The notes under the pieces were generated by a model. The model saw nothing but the letters and a program-made list of their open reading frames with translations, ran no database searches and was not told the origin of the DNA. The position numbers and the translations under genes are program-made. From positions 62,001 through 126,000 of the IMG/VR virus record IMGVR_UViG_3300015261_000001: a stretch of 64,000 bases of DNA, one strand, 5' to 3'. This document shows positions 10,450 through 19,910 of the stretch, piece after piece (the stretch's first letter is position 1; each line of letters starts with the position of its first letter).

Positions 10450-11076
10450 TCAGACTTGCATCAGTTTGTTGAAGTATTGGGTAACGTTTTCTTTGCCCAG
10501 ACGATTGAGGTCCTTAATGGCGTAAGTCACGTCGACGAGCTTGTTCAGCTCATGGCGGCGGGGCCAGCTGTTGGCGATCATCGTCAGCAGCGTCATGTAG
10601 TTGCGGTAGGTGCGGATGTGCTCGATTGGGTACTGCTTATCGAGGTCCTTCACGAAACGGAAAGCAGTACCATCAGAGAAGATGGTTTTGTTTTCACGGA
10701 TCTGGTTGAGCAGGTAGTCGGTCACCACGACGTACTTGTCGAACTCCAGCTTCAGCGTGTTGCCGATGGTGTCGATGAAGGTGATCTGTTCCTGGATGCG
10801 AGCGTCGCTGTCTTTGAAACCCAGCTCACCGCTGAGGTATTGAAAGTGGCGGGCAATCCGCGCCTTCATTACGTCAGTGGCAACATCGCCTTTGGAGTTG
10901 GTCATACGGCCGATGCCAATAACGTCTGGCACTTCATCCAGGCTCGGTTGAGCAGGAGGAGTAGGGGAAGCCGCTTTGGTGGCCCCCTCGTTCTTCTTGC
11001 CACCAGTGGCAGGTGCTTTAACACTGCCTTCGAGGTTTTCTTCCTCGGGTGCTACGTAGTCGTCAGGGTTGCTCAT
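10450..11076 (-). CDS. Hypothetical protein (possibly virion-associated)
   Basis: 208 aa, disordered N-terminus, helical C-terminus. Confidence 0.65.
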   Translation of the reverse strand: MSNPDDYVAPEEENLEGSVKAPATGGKKNEGATKAASPTPPAQPSLDEVPDVIGIGRMTNSKGDVATDVMKARIARHFQYLSGELGFKDSDARIQEQITFIDTIGNTLKLEFDKYVVVTDYLLNQIRENKTIFSDGTAFRFVKDLDKQYPIEHIRTYRNYMTLLTMIANSWPRRHELNKLVDVTYAIKDLNRLGKENVTQYFNKLMQV

Positions 11077-11177
11077 TGAAAGGGCCCTTTCAAAGAAAAA
11101 TGAATAAAGGTTGTTACTTGGGTGTACACCATAAGATACCCCGGCCCCACGAGGGGACCGAGGTACCGTACGGAGGT

Positions 11178-11732
11178 TTACTGCGGAGGGTTTTGTCCCA
11201 TTTGGCGCAACAGTTCCGCGGTCATAGGGTCGATTTCTTGCCCATGAACGTTTGCTGTATTGTTCTGCTTATCCTTAGCAGCTTTCTCTAGCCGTTTTTT
11301 CTCTTCCATCTTGAAGCGTTCATCCTTTCCTTTAATGATGCCCGCGACAATCCGGTCAACTGCGTGTTGCGGCAACTCCAGATAATCCCTTATCGGAATG
11401 TAGTCATGCAACTTGTTCATACCGTACTGCTCACCCACGTTCTCGTAAGACCATGGGTGAACATATGCTGACTCAATACGGTTGTAACGAACGCTGTGAC
11501 CCGGACGGATTTTACCCAGCCTTTCATAACCCATATTGATGTCATGAAGCAGTCCGTTGTTGAGGTGGATAGACTCGGGCATCATTCCGCTCATGTCTTT
11601 CCCCAACAAGTTCATCCACACCTGCTTTGCTTCCGGGTTGTGGAAGAACGACCCTCCTATTACGAGAGGGCTTCTTTGACGACGTTCTGCTTCTTGACCG
11701 CTTCGTTCATCAACATCAACTGGGTATGGGTA
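11178..11732 (-). CDS. -1 frame extension (gpT-like segment) of the 13393 gene; the ORF track calls it 11178..11621
   Basis: The frame is open without stops from the slippery site at 11738 to 11178. There is no properly spaced SD before the GTG at 11621. The YIPIRDYLELP segment resembles tail-chaperone gpT C-termini. Confidence 0.65.
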   Translation of the reverse strand, partial: YPYPVDVDERSGQEAERRQRSPLVIGGSFFHNPEAKQVWMNLLGKDMSGMMPESIHLNNGLLHDINMGYERLGKIRPGHSVRYNRIESAYVHPWSYENVGEQYGMNKLHDYIPIRDYLELPQHAVDRIVAGIIKGKDERFKMEEKKRLEKAAKDKQNNTANVHGQEIDPMTAELLRQMGQNPPQ

Positions 11733-13393
11733 AAAAAAGTCATGAAGGAGTCAATAGGCGTGTAGCCCAGCTGACGTTCTCCTTGGCTTTCGGCCGTGTT
11801 CTTCTTGCATTTCGGGCACTCGTGGTTACGCAGACCGGTGAAGGTGCGCGTCATGTACGGAGCCTTGTTGTAGACGAACCGGGTCAGTTCAGCGTTGAGG
11901 TGATCGTCGATACGCAGAGCGTTCAACAGACCACGGTTGAACTCGTCTGGATTGGAGTCCTGACGGCGGATGACCACTGGCTTACCTTCCGAACCTTCTT
12001 CCGGCAGGATGGTGAACGTGTCAACCCACTGGATGAACTCGGAACCACCCAGGCTGTTGAGGGTGATCGCGATCTGGTCTTGCAGCTGGTTCTCATCAAC
12101 GATCTTGGCACGAATAGCCGCCAGACGTGGGTCGATGTCACCGACGAAGAAGTCGAAGGTGGCGAAAGCTTCTGCCAACGAAGGAGGAGCGATGGTCAGG
12201 CAGATACCACGCGATTCGTTGTAGACCTTGTTGTTGTCCAGGCCGTAGGTGGACTGGTCGATCAGCGCCAACACTTCTTCCGGGGTGTAGACCTTGCGAC
12301 CGTTGGTGATGTTGCCGAAGATGGCAGCTTCATCGTCAGTCTGGATGCCCGGACGAATCTGGGTAAACTTGGTTGGGTCCATCAGGTCGAAGCTGCCGTG
12401 GTCACACGCCGTGTTGATGCAGCGCAGGTCCATACCGATGCCGTCGTCGGTCAGCGAGGCCAGGATGGCGTTGCAGAGCGGATAGAAGTCGGTCACACGG
12501 ATGAGGTTGGACAGGTCCTTGAAATCGATGATCCCGGAAACAGTCGAGGACACGATACGTGGATACAGCCATTCCCACACAGCCTTCATGCCGGCGATGG
12601 TTGACAGCGCCATGCTGTTACCGCCCACCTGGCGAACATAACCACGCACGGTGGAGTTGATGTTGTTGATCAGGTCAGCCGATTCCAGCTTGGCGGCACG
12701 AGTGAACGTGATCGACAAGAAGGAGTTACGCAGCAGCGTGGTGTACTGATACGGCGCAGACTTGGAACGGGAAGTAGCACGGGTCATCGCTTCGGCAATC
12801 GAGAAGCCGGTGGTATCGGCGCCCGGTACACGACCGATGATGTCAGCGATTTCCAACTTGCTGGAGCGACGGCTGACGTTGGTGATATTCGGCTCCAAGA
12901 TCATCTTGGTGCGCAGCAGCATGTCGTCTTGCAGACTGTCGAAGAAGCGATACATCGAAATCGCTTTCTCTTCCATTTCAGCAGCAGACTTGCCCGGGAA
13001 GTTCTTCTCGAGGAATTGCTGCCAGTCGTTGTTGGCAGTTGCCAGCATGCTGTCAGAAGCACGACCACGTTCACGCAGATCGCGGATCGAAGTCAGCGCC
13101 AGCCAGCGGCCGATCAACTCTTGAGCCGCTTCGTTCTCTGCACGGGTGTTACCCATGTAGATAGTCGAGAAGCCCGCTTGACGATCTTCCTCGGTCAAAG
13201 GTTTCTTGACCGGACTGACCGGAGGTACCAACTCCTTCAGAGGAGTATTTTCCGCGGTGTGTTCGTCCATGTAACCGAAAGGAGCCGGGGCTTCCGATTT
13301 CGGGATGGCTGCGCTTACTGCTTCAGCCAAACCACCCAGCGCACCTGCTTCATTAGGCGGGGTAGTTGGGGATTGGTTTTCGTTCTCGCTCAT
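11660..13393 (-). CDS. Putative baseplate-hub/tail assembly chaperone (T4 gp26/gp51-like) with Cys pairs
   Basis: 577 aa, CINTAC and CPKC, ending ..PIDSFMTFF.. over a T7 run. The function is an inference. Confidence 0.6.
   Translation of the reverse strand: MSENENQSPTTPPNEAGALGGLAEAVSAAIPKSEAPAPFGYMDEHTAENTPLKELVPPVSPVKKPLTEEDRQAGFSTIYMGNTRAENEAAQELIGRWLALTSIRDLRERGRASDSMLATANNDWQQFLEKNFPGKSAAEMEEKAISMYRFFDSLQDDMLLRTKMILEPNITNVSRRSSKLEIADIIGRVPGADTTGFSIAEAMTRATSRSKSAPYQYTTLLRNSFLSITFTRAAKLESADLINNINSTVRGYVRQVGGNSMALSTIAGMKAVWEWLYPRIVSSTVSGIIDFKDLSNLIRVTDFYPLCNAILASLTDDGIGMDLRCINTACDHGSFDLMDPTKFTQIRPGIQTDDEAAIFGNITNGRKVYTPEEVLALIDQSTYGLDNNKVYNESRGICLTIAPPSLAEAFATFDFFVGDIDPRLAAIRAKIVDENQLQDQIAITLNSLGGSEFIQWVDTFTILPEEGSEGKPVVIRRQDSNPDEFNRGLLNALRIDDHLNAELTRFVYNKAPYMTRTFTGLRNHECPKCKKNTAESQGERQLGYTPIDSFMTFFTHTQLMLMNEAVKKQNVVKEALS
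11732..11738 (-). promoter_or_regulatory. Candidate programmed -1 ribosomal frameshift heptamer T TTT TTT
   Basis: In-frame ACT TTT TTT ACC. The -1 frame has a TGA five codons upstream and is then open for 184 sense codons. Confidence 0.7.
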
Positions 13394-13407
13394 GGTAACG
13401 CGTTCCT

Positions 13408-14238
13408 TTATTGAGCTTGCGATTCAGAGACTGGGTCTTGCGGCGGTTGCACAGCCACAATGGATTCATCTTCCGGGTCAACCGGAGGGAGGTTTTGCAG
13501 GTCGTCGATTGGCTCGCCTTCTTCCAGCATTTCTGCCATGCTTTCCAGATCGGCCAGCAGTTCTTTTGCAACGCCGGTGGCGTACAATGGAATCACCGTC
13601 TGCATACGAGTTTCATGCAGGGCTTCCATGTAGTTGTACATTTCCTGACCAGGCTGGATGTGTTCTTGCGCGTACGCTTCGAGAGCATCTTTCTGAGTCT
13701 CGATGAACGCGATGATCTGTTCACGGTAGTCGAACATCAGCTGATGCATGACGTCGGAGATGTGCAGAACGATCTCTGGATAATCCGCTGGCTGTTTGCC
13801 GGCTTTGTCCAGGGTGATAACCACAGTCACGTCTTCGGTGAATTCCACCAGCAGGCGTTCGAAACGCTCAACCAGAGCCGCGTGCTCTTCGCTGAGTTCG
13901 AAACGTTTCTCGTCAACCAGTTTCAGGTAGACCACCACGCCGCTATGCAACTTCACGACCATGCTGATCATATTGCTGATACCTTCCAGCAGATCAGTAC
14001 CGCTGATGAGGTCAGTGGTCTCTTCACCGGCCTTACGGCGGCGTTTCAGTTCACCGCTGTCACGGATGATGTCGTAAATGCTTTTGTGTTTGATCTGGTC
14101 AGCTTTGTCGACGCCCATTTGGGCAAAGGCGGTGTTACTGGCGTGTTCTTGGCGACGAACAGCCTTCACTTTGTCCTTTGAAGCTTTACGGCGTTTGGCG
14201 AGTTTGGCGTCACGACGTTTCTGTTGTTGGTTAGCCAT
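13408..14238 (-). CDS. Hypothetical protein with basic N-terminus and acidic C-terminus
   Basis: 276 aa, begins MANQQQKRRDAKLAKRRKASK. Confidence 0.7.
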   Translation of the reverse strand: MANQQQKRRDAKLAKRRKASKDKVKAVRRQEHASNTAFAQMGVDKADQIKHKSIYDIIRDSGELKRRRKAGEETTDLISGTDLLEGISNMISMVVKLHSGVVVYLKLVDEKRFELSEEHAALVERFERLLVEFTEDVTVVITLDKAGKQPADYPEIVLHISDVMHQLMFDYREQIIAFIETQKDALEAYAQEHIQPGQEMYNYMEALHETRMQTVIPLYATGVAKELLADLESMAEMLEEGEPIDDLQNLPPVDPEDESIVAVQPPQDPVSESQAQ

Positions 14239-14280
14239 AATGCTATGATTTCCCTTTACCTACTGACGAGAATTTACCCG

Positions 14281-15183
14281 ATGCTTATCGAGCGTGATGA
14301 TGCAGTGATCCTAGAGGATGGTGAGTGCTTAGCAGACACCTTCGTCGGTGGCTTGTGGACCACCTTCCGTAATTCAATTCCAAGCCTGCAATCTAAAGAA
14401 TTAGATAAGGCGTTTAATTTCATCATGATGGCTGACGAAGACTCTCTGATGCCTTCGCAGATCAGCCACGTATTGGTTGACGAATATCTCGATCTGCCAA
14501 CCAAAAAGCAAACCGTATACGTGATCATAGCGACCAATATAATCGAATTGCTGGTTCGATTAGGTGTTGTGCTCAACGATGATGTAGCCGGTGAAGACAA
14601 GTTGGCTGAGCTGAATATACTCGCTGGTTTCTTCTACGACCTGAAAGAGTACGAAGACATCATCGGTCTGAAAGGCCTGCTGGAATCACAAGACATTCCG
14701 CCAGTCAACCGTTACCTTCAGGCCATGACTGTGTTCTACGGTGAAGAGTTCGACGTCTCTGAATTCGAGTGCTTGATTGAAGATGTCTCCGAAGTCACGA
14801 TCAAGGCTATTAAAGACGCCTTGTTCAACCCTGATGACGTAGAGACTCCTCCAGCCTCCCTACAGCGTCGTATCATCGAGAACAAAGGTTTCTTGGCCGG
14901 CACTAAAGCTTATGACCACGTGACCTCCAACGGTCAGTTAGGCGGCGCTGTGTCGAACTTCCTGAACTTCTTCAAGGACTACCTCGAAGACTTGCTGGAA
15001 GACGCAACTGAAAAGAACATGCTCCAATATGCCAAGGAAGTTCTTGGCTTTTTTATCATCAGTGAGATCAACGACGAGTGGCTTAAGGATAAAGCCTCGC
15101 AGTATCTCTACTCCATCATCACCGATGTGGTTACCCTTACCAAAGTGGAAGCCATGATTGAAGAAGTGATTATTCCATCATGA
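14281..15183 (+). CDS. Acidic hypothetical protein coupled to the vRNAP subunit gene
   Basis: ATG at 14281 avoids overlap with the divergent gene. ATGA overlap with 15180. Confidence 0.7.
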   Translation: MLIERDDAVILEDGECLADTFVGGLWTTFRNSIPSLQSKELDKAFNFIMMADEDSLMPSQISHVLVDEYLDLPTKKQTVYVIIATNIIELLVRLGVVLNDDVAGEDKLAELNILAGFFYDLKEYEDIIGLKGLLESQDIPPVNRYLQAMTVFYGEEFDVSEFECLIEDVSEVTIKAIKDALFNPDDVETPPASLQRRIIENKGFLAGTKAYDHVTSNGQLGGAVSNFLNFFKDYLEDLLEDATEKNMLQYAKEVLGFFIISEINDEWLKDKASQYLYSIITDVVTLTKVEAMIEEVIIPS

Positions 15184-16481
15184 AAAAACTCGACTACTTG
15201 AAGTGGTTCTTCGATAACGACGGGTACAACGAAAAGGCTGCGCTGCAAGCAATCATTGCGATCCAGTTCGAAGACGAAGATTCCTCGGGCCAGTTCAAGA
15301 AGATTCCGTGTGCTCCCTTTGTTGAAAAGGGTCAGTTCCACGCCCTGATCGACGGTGGTCAAGTCAGCATTGAAGGTGATGTTGAGGAACCCATGTTCTA
15401 CATGGATGAGATCCTCGAGTTGCCGGGTGATTTCCACCCGATGCTTAAGGGTAAGCCAGTTCGTACCACCTTCGGTCTTTTCCTGTTCAACGTGATCCTG
15501 ATCTGGGAACCCTTCAAGGGTGTGGTGGATTACGTCAACAAGGAGTTCACTAAGCCGTTCTTTGAAAACCTGTTCCGTGAGATCATGGTCAGTAACCCGA
15601 AGGAAGGTGAGACAATTCCTGAGGGTAAGGCCAGCGTTAGCCAGTGCTTGATGTTCTCGCACAACTGTAACTTCCTGGAAGGGCTTGGGTCGCACTTTAT
15701 CAAGCCGGGCGGTGTAGACGCCCTTACCGTTCACCCTGACGTACTGGCGTTGCGTGACAAGCTCCTGGAAGAGCACAAGCATGAACTGGATGATCCGGTT
15801 GTCTTCACTCGTCTGATTGACCAAGTGGTTGATCTTGACACCAAGATCATCATGGCAGGTCCGAGCAAGAAGTTCTTCATTGCGAAGAAGTTCATCGACA
15901 ACAGCCGGAAGCGGATGTTCATCGCGTTTGGTATTGAGCCGAATGCGACAGGTGACGGTTGGGTTGCTCTGCCGAAGTCTCTGGATCAAGGTTGGGATCC
16001 TGCGTTCCTGGCTGACTACGTTAACACCTCGGTTGCTGGTTCGTATAGCCGTTCCATGGCTACAGGTGAAGGCGGTGCTCAGGTTAAGGAAACTCTGCGT
16101 CTGATCGCTCGTGCGGTTGTGTCCTTCACACATACCGACTGCAATACCCCAGTCACTGAAGACATCGAAATCATTGAAGCCAACAAGTTCTACTGGGTTG
16201 GTTCGTGGATTCGTGTGGGTGACAAGACCGATCAGATCACTCGTCAGAATGTCGACAAGTTTGTCGGTAAAGTTACCAAGGTACGGGTTCCTCAGTACTG
16301 TACTTTGGTAGACGGTGAATTCTGTAAGGTTTGTTGTGGTGAAGGTCTTGGCGCTTACGGTGAGCGTCTCAGTGCAGAGATCGTGTTGATTCCTACCACC
16401 ATGATGCTGCAACGGATGAAAGCTGCTCACACCGCTGGTAGCAAGACCAACCTGCTGGATCTGGAAGTTGCATTGAAGTAG
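15180..16481 (+). CDS. Virion RNA polymerase beta'-like subunit (phiKZ gp80-like)
   Basis: Bridge-helix-like SRSMATGEGGAQVK, Zn site DCNT...YC...FCKVCCG, and trigger-loop-like MLQRMKAAH. Confidence 0.85.
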   Translation: MKKLDYLKWFFDNDGYNEKAALQAIIAIQFEDEDSSGQFKKIPCAPFVEKGQFHALIDGGQVSIEGDVEEPMFYMDEILELPGDFHPMLKGKPVRTTFGLFLFNVILIWEPFKGVVDYVNKEFTKPFFENLFREIMVSNPKEGETIPEGKASVSQCLMFSHNCNFLEGLGSHFIKPGGVDALTVHPDVLALRDKLLEEHKHELDDPVVFTRLIDQVVDLDTKIIMAGPSKKFFIAKKFIDNSRKRMFIAFGIEPNATGDGWVALPKSLDQGWDPAFLADYVNTSVAGSYSRSMATGEGGAQVKETLRLIARAVVSFTHTDCNTPVTEDIEIIEANKFYWVGSWIRVGDKTDQITRQNVDKFVGKVTKVRVPQYCTLVDGEFCKVCCGEGLGAYGERLSAEIVLIPTTMMLQRMKAAHTAGSKTNLLDLEVALK

Positions 16482-16509
16482 CAAAAAAAAAAGAACGAAA
16501 GGTAAACAC

Positions 16510-16543
16510 CCTACCCACCTCCCTTTGCGGGGAGGTGGGTAGG
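16510..16543. terminator. Hairpin between convergent genes
   Basis: CCTACCCACCTCCC-TTTGCG-GGGAGGTGGGTAGG. Confidence 0.85.
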
Positions 16544-16551
16544 TATGTGTT

Positions 16552-17040
16552 CTATTTGATAAATTGTGACTCGAACTTGCCGGTAACTGCCAACACGACT
16601 GTGTTACCCAAATGGGTGCCCTTTACCGTCATGCCGTGATGGTAAATAGGATCTTGCAGTTCCGTATGCATCACTATCAAATCACCTGCCTTATTGGCCG
16701 ACGTGATAGAGCTGATCGCCAGACTCAGTCTATCAGCCACTTCGCCATGGTACTCTTGCAAACAATAGTCAGGCGCATCAACATCCACGCCGTCTTCTTT
16801 GTCGAACGCCTTCAGCACATCTAAGAGGAACTCGATCGAGGCTGCAATTTCACAGTCGGGATCGTTGAGGTAGAAGTTGGGATCTTCGCACGCTTCTAAC
16901 ATCAAGTTTGGGTCATTGATGAAATCGTTTACAACAATGACCAGTGCTTCCAATAGAACAAAGTCCAGGAAATGCACATGTGCATCGGCGTATAAGTCAG
17001 CGCGTGTATCAGGGTCCAACTTTAGGATAAGTGTTTTCAT
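16552..17040 (-). CDS. Hypothetical protein (small-protein array 1)
   Basis: 162 aa, acidic, 1-nt gap to the neighbouring gene. Confidence 0.65.
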   Translation of the reverse strand: MKTLILKLDPDTRADLYADAHVHFLDFVLLEALVIVVNDFINDPNLMLEACEDPNFYLNDPDCEIAASIEFLLDVLKAFDKEDGVDVDAPDYCLQEYHGEVADRLSLAISSITSANKAGDLIVMHTELQDPIYHHGMTVKGTHLGNTVVLAVTGKFESQFIK

Positions 17041-17041
17041 C

Positions 17042-17425
17042 CTAAACCTCGATAGTAATCAGCACCCCTGAGTCGGTTGCAGACACCAGATGCCAGACAT
17101 GCCCCTTGTAAGGAATGAGGGCTTTGAGGTCCTCTTGATACGAGGGCGTTTCTTCGTAACGTCTGAAGGTTTCCATCACCTCTTTTGCTTCTGCGGTGAT
17201 GTAGCGCTCCTTCTGTTCTTCGTCTTTGTAATGGGTTGGTATCGGAAGATACTTCTCCACCAAAGAGTGTTGGTTGTCGTTGAACACAACATCGTCCATC
17301 AGACAACGAACTCGTTCCACCACTAACAGCCGCAGGATGAAACTGCGGTGTAGCTTTTCCAGACCCGGGGTACGAACGTTTTGGCTTTTAATAACACGGG
17401 TCGGATTAAAACTTTGCTTTGCCAT
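17042..17425 (-). CDS. Hypothetical protein (array 1)
   Basis: 127 aa, SD GAGG. Confidence 0.65.
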   Translation of the reverse strand: MAKQSFNPTRVIKSQNVRTPGLEKLHRSFILRLLVVERVRCLMDDVVFNDNQHSLVEKYLPIPTHYKDEEQKERYITAEAKEVMETFRRYEETPSYQEDLKALIPYKGHVWHLVSATDSGVLITIEV

Positions 17426-17430
17426 GTGTA

Positions 17431-17850
17431 TTAACCTCGTAGCTCAATGATCCAAAGATCGGGAAACCGTCTGACTACTCGGGCCATTCGCACTTTGAAG
17501 TGCTCGTGGTCTTGTAATGCATCCGCGTTAAGTCTTACGATTTCGTCTATCCAGTCAACAATTTCGCAGCAATATGACTCCCTCTGTTTACTGAGGTTAT
17601 CCCAATCAGTTCGAGTCATCTGAACCCCATTGAACGGAGGCTCAAGAAATTCGTCGACTCTGTCCGCCACCCAACCTGAGTATATCCATTGAGGATTACC
17701 CATGTCAGATGGAATCACTGATCTACTTTTTGCGAACTCTAGCATGCTCTGCTCGAGAACCGACGCCACAATAGGACTGCGCGCAGACAGCCTAGGGCAC
17801 CGAATCAGGAGCAATCGCGATTTCGGTAAGCTGTCCATAAGGATGTCCAT
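17431..17850 (-). CDS. Hypothetical protein, paralog of 17864..18310
   Basis: LLLIRCPRL...VVRRFPDLWIIELRG. Confidence 0.7.
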   Translation of the reverse strand: MDILMDSLPKSRLLLIRCPRLSARSPIVASVLEQSMLEFAKSRSVIPSDMGNPQWIYSGWVADRVDEFLEPPFNGVQMTRTDWDNLSKQRESYCCEIVDWIDEIVRLNADALQDHEHFKVRMARVVRRFPDLWIIELRG

Positions 17851-17863
17851 TTAAACACCACAG

Positions 17864-18310
17864 TCACACCATCGCGCCTGTTATTTGCAGTACCCACATG
17901 TTGGGCAGCTTCCGTGCGACGTGAATGTTTTCGATCAGGTAGTTTGCAGAGACTTCAAGCAAGAGGTCATGGTTGTTGTCCATGATTTCGTGCATTAGTC
18001 TGTCCGCCTCAGCAGCGTAGAACTTTACTGTCTTCTTCGGGTTCTTTACTGCATTCCAGAACTCATCCTGACCACCCGTGATACGTACCTTGCCATTCTC
18101 ATCAAACAGGCGACATCTGACTTGAGTTGCAAAGCTTTCGTTCATCCAGCCATGCTCGACACCGTCTTCAGCAATATCGTCATAATTTCTGACGACGTGT
18201 AACAACTCATCCTCAACAATAGAGGAAGCGAGATTACTCACTGATTCGAGATTAGGGCTGCGAATCATCATCATGTGAATTTGAGTGAAGGGGCTCATAG
18301 AGCAGTCCAT
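17864..18310 (-). CDS. Hypothetical protein, paralog of 17431..17850
   Basis: MMMIRSPNL...VARKLPNMWVLQITG. Start is uncertain (18310 or 18298). Confidence 0.7.
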   Translation of the reverse strand: MDCSMSPFTQIHMMMIRSPNLESVSNLASSIVEDELLHVVRNYDDIAEDGVEHGWMNESFATQVRCRLFDENGKVRITGGQDEFWNAVKNPKKTVKFYAAEADRLMHEIMDNNHDLLLEVSANYLIENIHVARKLPNMWVLQITGAMV

Positions 18311-18330
18311 AAAAGGGAGTACCCCCTGGA

Positions 18331-19863
18331 CTAATCCAGGGAGCATTCCGAGTTGATACGTTTGAACGTTTTCTGTTTATCAGCAAAAGCAATTTCTCGC
18401 TTCGCCAAATACTCCACATGCTTACCCAAGTCCAAACACACCCCAAAGATAAAGGCAGGTGTAATCTCGTCATTGAACTTCCCGAAGAGAGCCCGCAGAC
18501 GACCGATCATTTGTTTGTTAGCCTGAGTAGACGAAACAGTATGCAGACAGCAGACGGTAACAAGACCCGGAATGTCTTTACCCGTCCCGCAGCTGTTTGG
18601 AGTAGTAATAACTACCTCATGCTGTAAATATTTATCCTTGGAATCTTTCTTCTTGGAGTCTTCGCCTGTGAAGGTTTCAATATCCATTTCCGGGTACTTC
18701 GCTTTGAACATGCCCAGCATGGTGTCGCACATGTTCACCCGAGAGAAGAAGAAGAGGCACTTGGTACCCTCCCGCCTTCTATCCAAGTAGTATTCCTGAA
18801 ACATCTTGTCCGCGATCTTGAAGTAGAACTTCGTGAGCGCTTCAGACTTCAGGATGCTTTCATCCACAGCCTTGTCGTTGTAGGAGCCGAACTGTTCGGT
18901 CTTGATCCGATGTCGCCGGAGGTTGATCCGATACAGGTAAGCCACCACGTCGATGTAGTTCTCAGGCTCTGCCTCTTTAAGACGGAACCGCGGTGGGTAT
19001 AACCACTTGTACACTTTGTTGGTGAAAGGGTCGTCAGCTTTCAAGGTTGCCGACAGCACAAAGAGTTTCTTGATGTTGCCATACATCATCGAGAGGAAGA
19101 TCTGGTGAATTGCTTCGTGACCTTCTTCAATGATGCGCAGACCTGGATTGATCGCTTTCATGACCTGATCCAGATCCATCTCCTCGGGATCCCGTTTCCG
19201 CAAGAAGACTTCAATACGAGACATCGGCAAAATGATAATCTTGGGAGAGATCGTACCTGCTTCCATAGCTCGCGCCAGAGAGGGTAGGTTGTTCTCCCAC
19301 AACACAAGGTCGCCGGGTGCCAGCTTAACGATCTTGTGCAGTTCTTTAACCCAGGTTGTGATGTAGCGCGGCTGCATCGTGATGATGGTGCGTTTACCCG
19401 TTTTGATCATCGAGTAAATGCTCATAAAGGTCTTACCGTTGCCGGTGGCAGCGTTGTTGATCTTTATGTAACCTTCATCCAGCATGTAGTTAACCCATTC
19501 GGGCTGACCTTCACGCATGTTGTCGAAACCGGGGTTGAATTCGAAGGTAACATCTTGCCCCTCGATTTCAGGTTCCTTTTCAATCTTGATACGTGACTCT
19601 TTGTACCCCCGGTAAACCGCGTACTCCATGAACTCTTTAAACAGCTCAGCTGGTAGCCTGTATTCTTTCTTGTCAGGACTCGACCGAGCAAACACGTGCG
19701 TAACAACTGTGCGCTGCTTATTTGTGCCGGGAATGGGCTCCTTACCCGTCTTGAACAAATGGTGAGCGCAAAACGGCATCACTACACGCGCCACGAACTC
19801 TTCAAAGAACCCGTGAATCCTGATGTAGTGATTCGCTTTGCTGATAATAGCTGTTTCACGCAT
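18331..19863 (-). CDS. SF2 helicase (phiKZ gp75-like)
   Basis: Walker A AATGNGKT, motif II IIEEGHE, motif III SAT, motif V GKDIPGL, motif VI QMIGRLR. Confidence 0.9.
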   Translation of the reverse strand: MRETAIISKANHYIRIHGFFEEFVARVVMPFCAHHLFKTGKEPIPGTNKQRTVVTHVFARSSPDKKEYRLPAELFKEFMEYAVYRGYKESRIKIEKEPEIEGQDVTFEFNPGFDNMREGQPEWVNYMLDEGYIKINNAATGNGKTFMSIYSMIKTGKRTIITMQPRYITTWVKELHKIVKLAPGDLVLWENNLPSLARAMEAGTISPKIIILPMSRIEVFLRKRDPEEMDLDQVMKAINPGLRIIEEGHEAIHQIFLSMMYGNIKKLFVLSATLKADDPFTNKVYKWLYPPRFRLKEAEPENYIDVVAYLYRINLRRHRIKTEQFGSYNDKAVDESILKSEALTKFYFKIADKMFQEYYLDRRREGTKCLFFFSRVNMCDTMLGMFKAKYPEMDIETFTGEDSKKKDSKDKYLQHEVVITTPNSCGTGKDIPGLVTVCCLHTVSSTQANKQMIGRLRALFGKFNDEITPAFIFGVCLDLGKHVEYLAKREIAFADKQKTFKRINSECSLD

Positions 19864-19910
19864 AAGCGACCTCTTAAGGGGACTAAGGGCCCCTTGAGGC
19901 CCTCACCCTG

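Noticed and set aside
17037-17306. Alternative 89-aa minus-strand ORF overlapping 17042..17425
   Set aside because: It has an Arg/Gly-rich off-frame composition, while the overlapping ORF has an SD and fits the operon packing.
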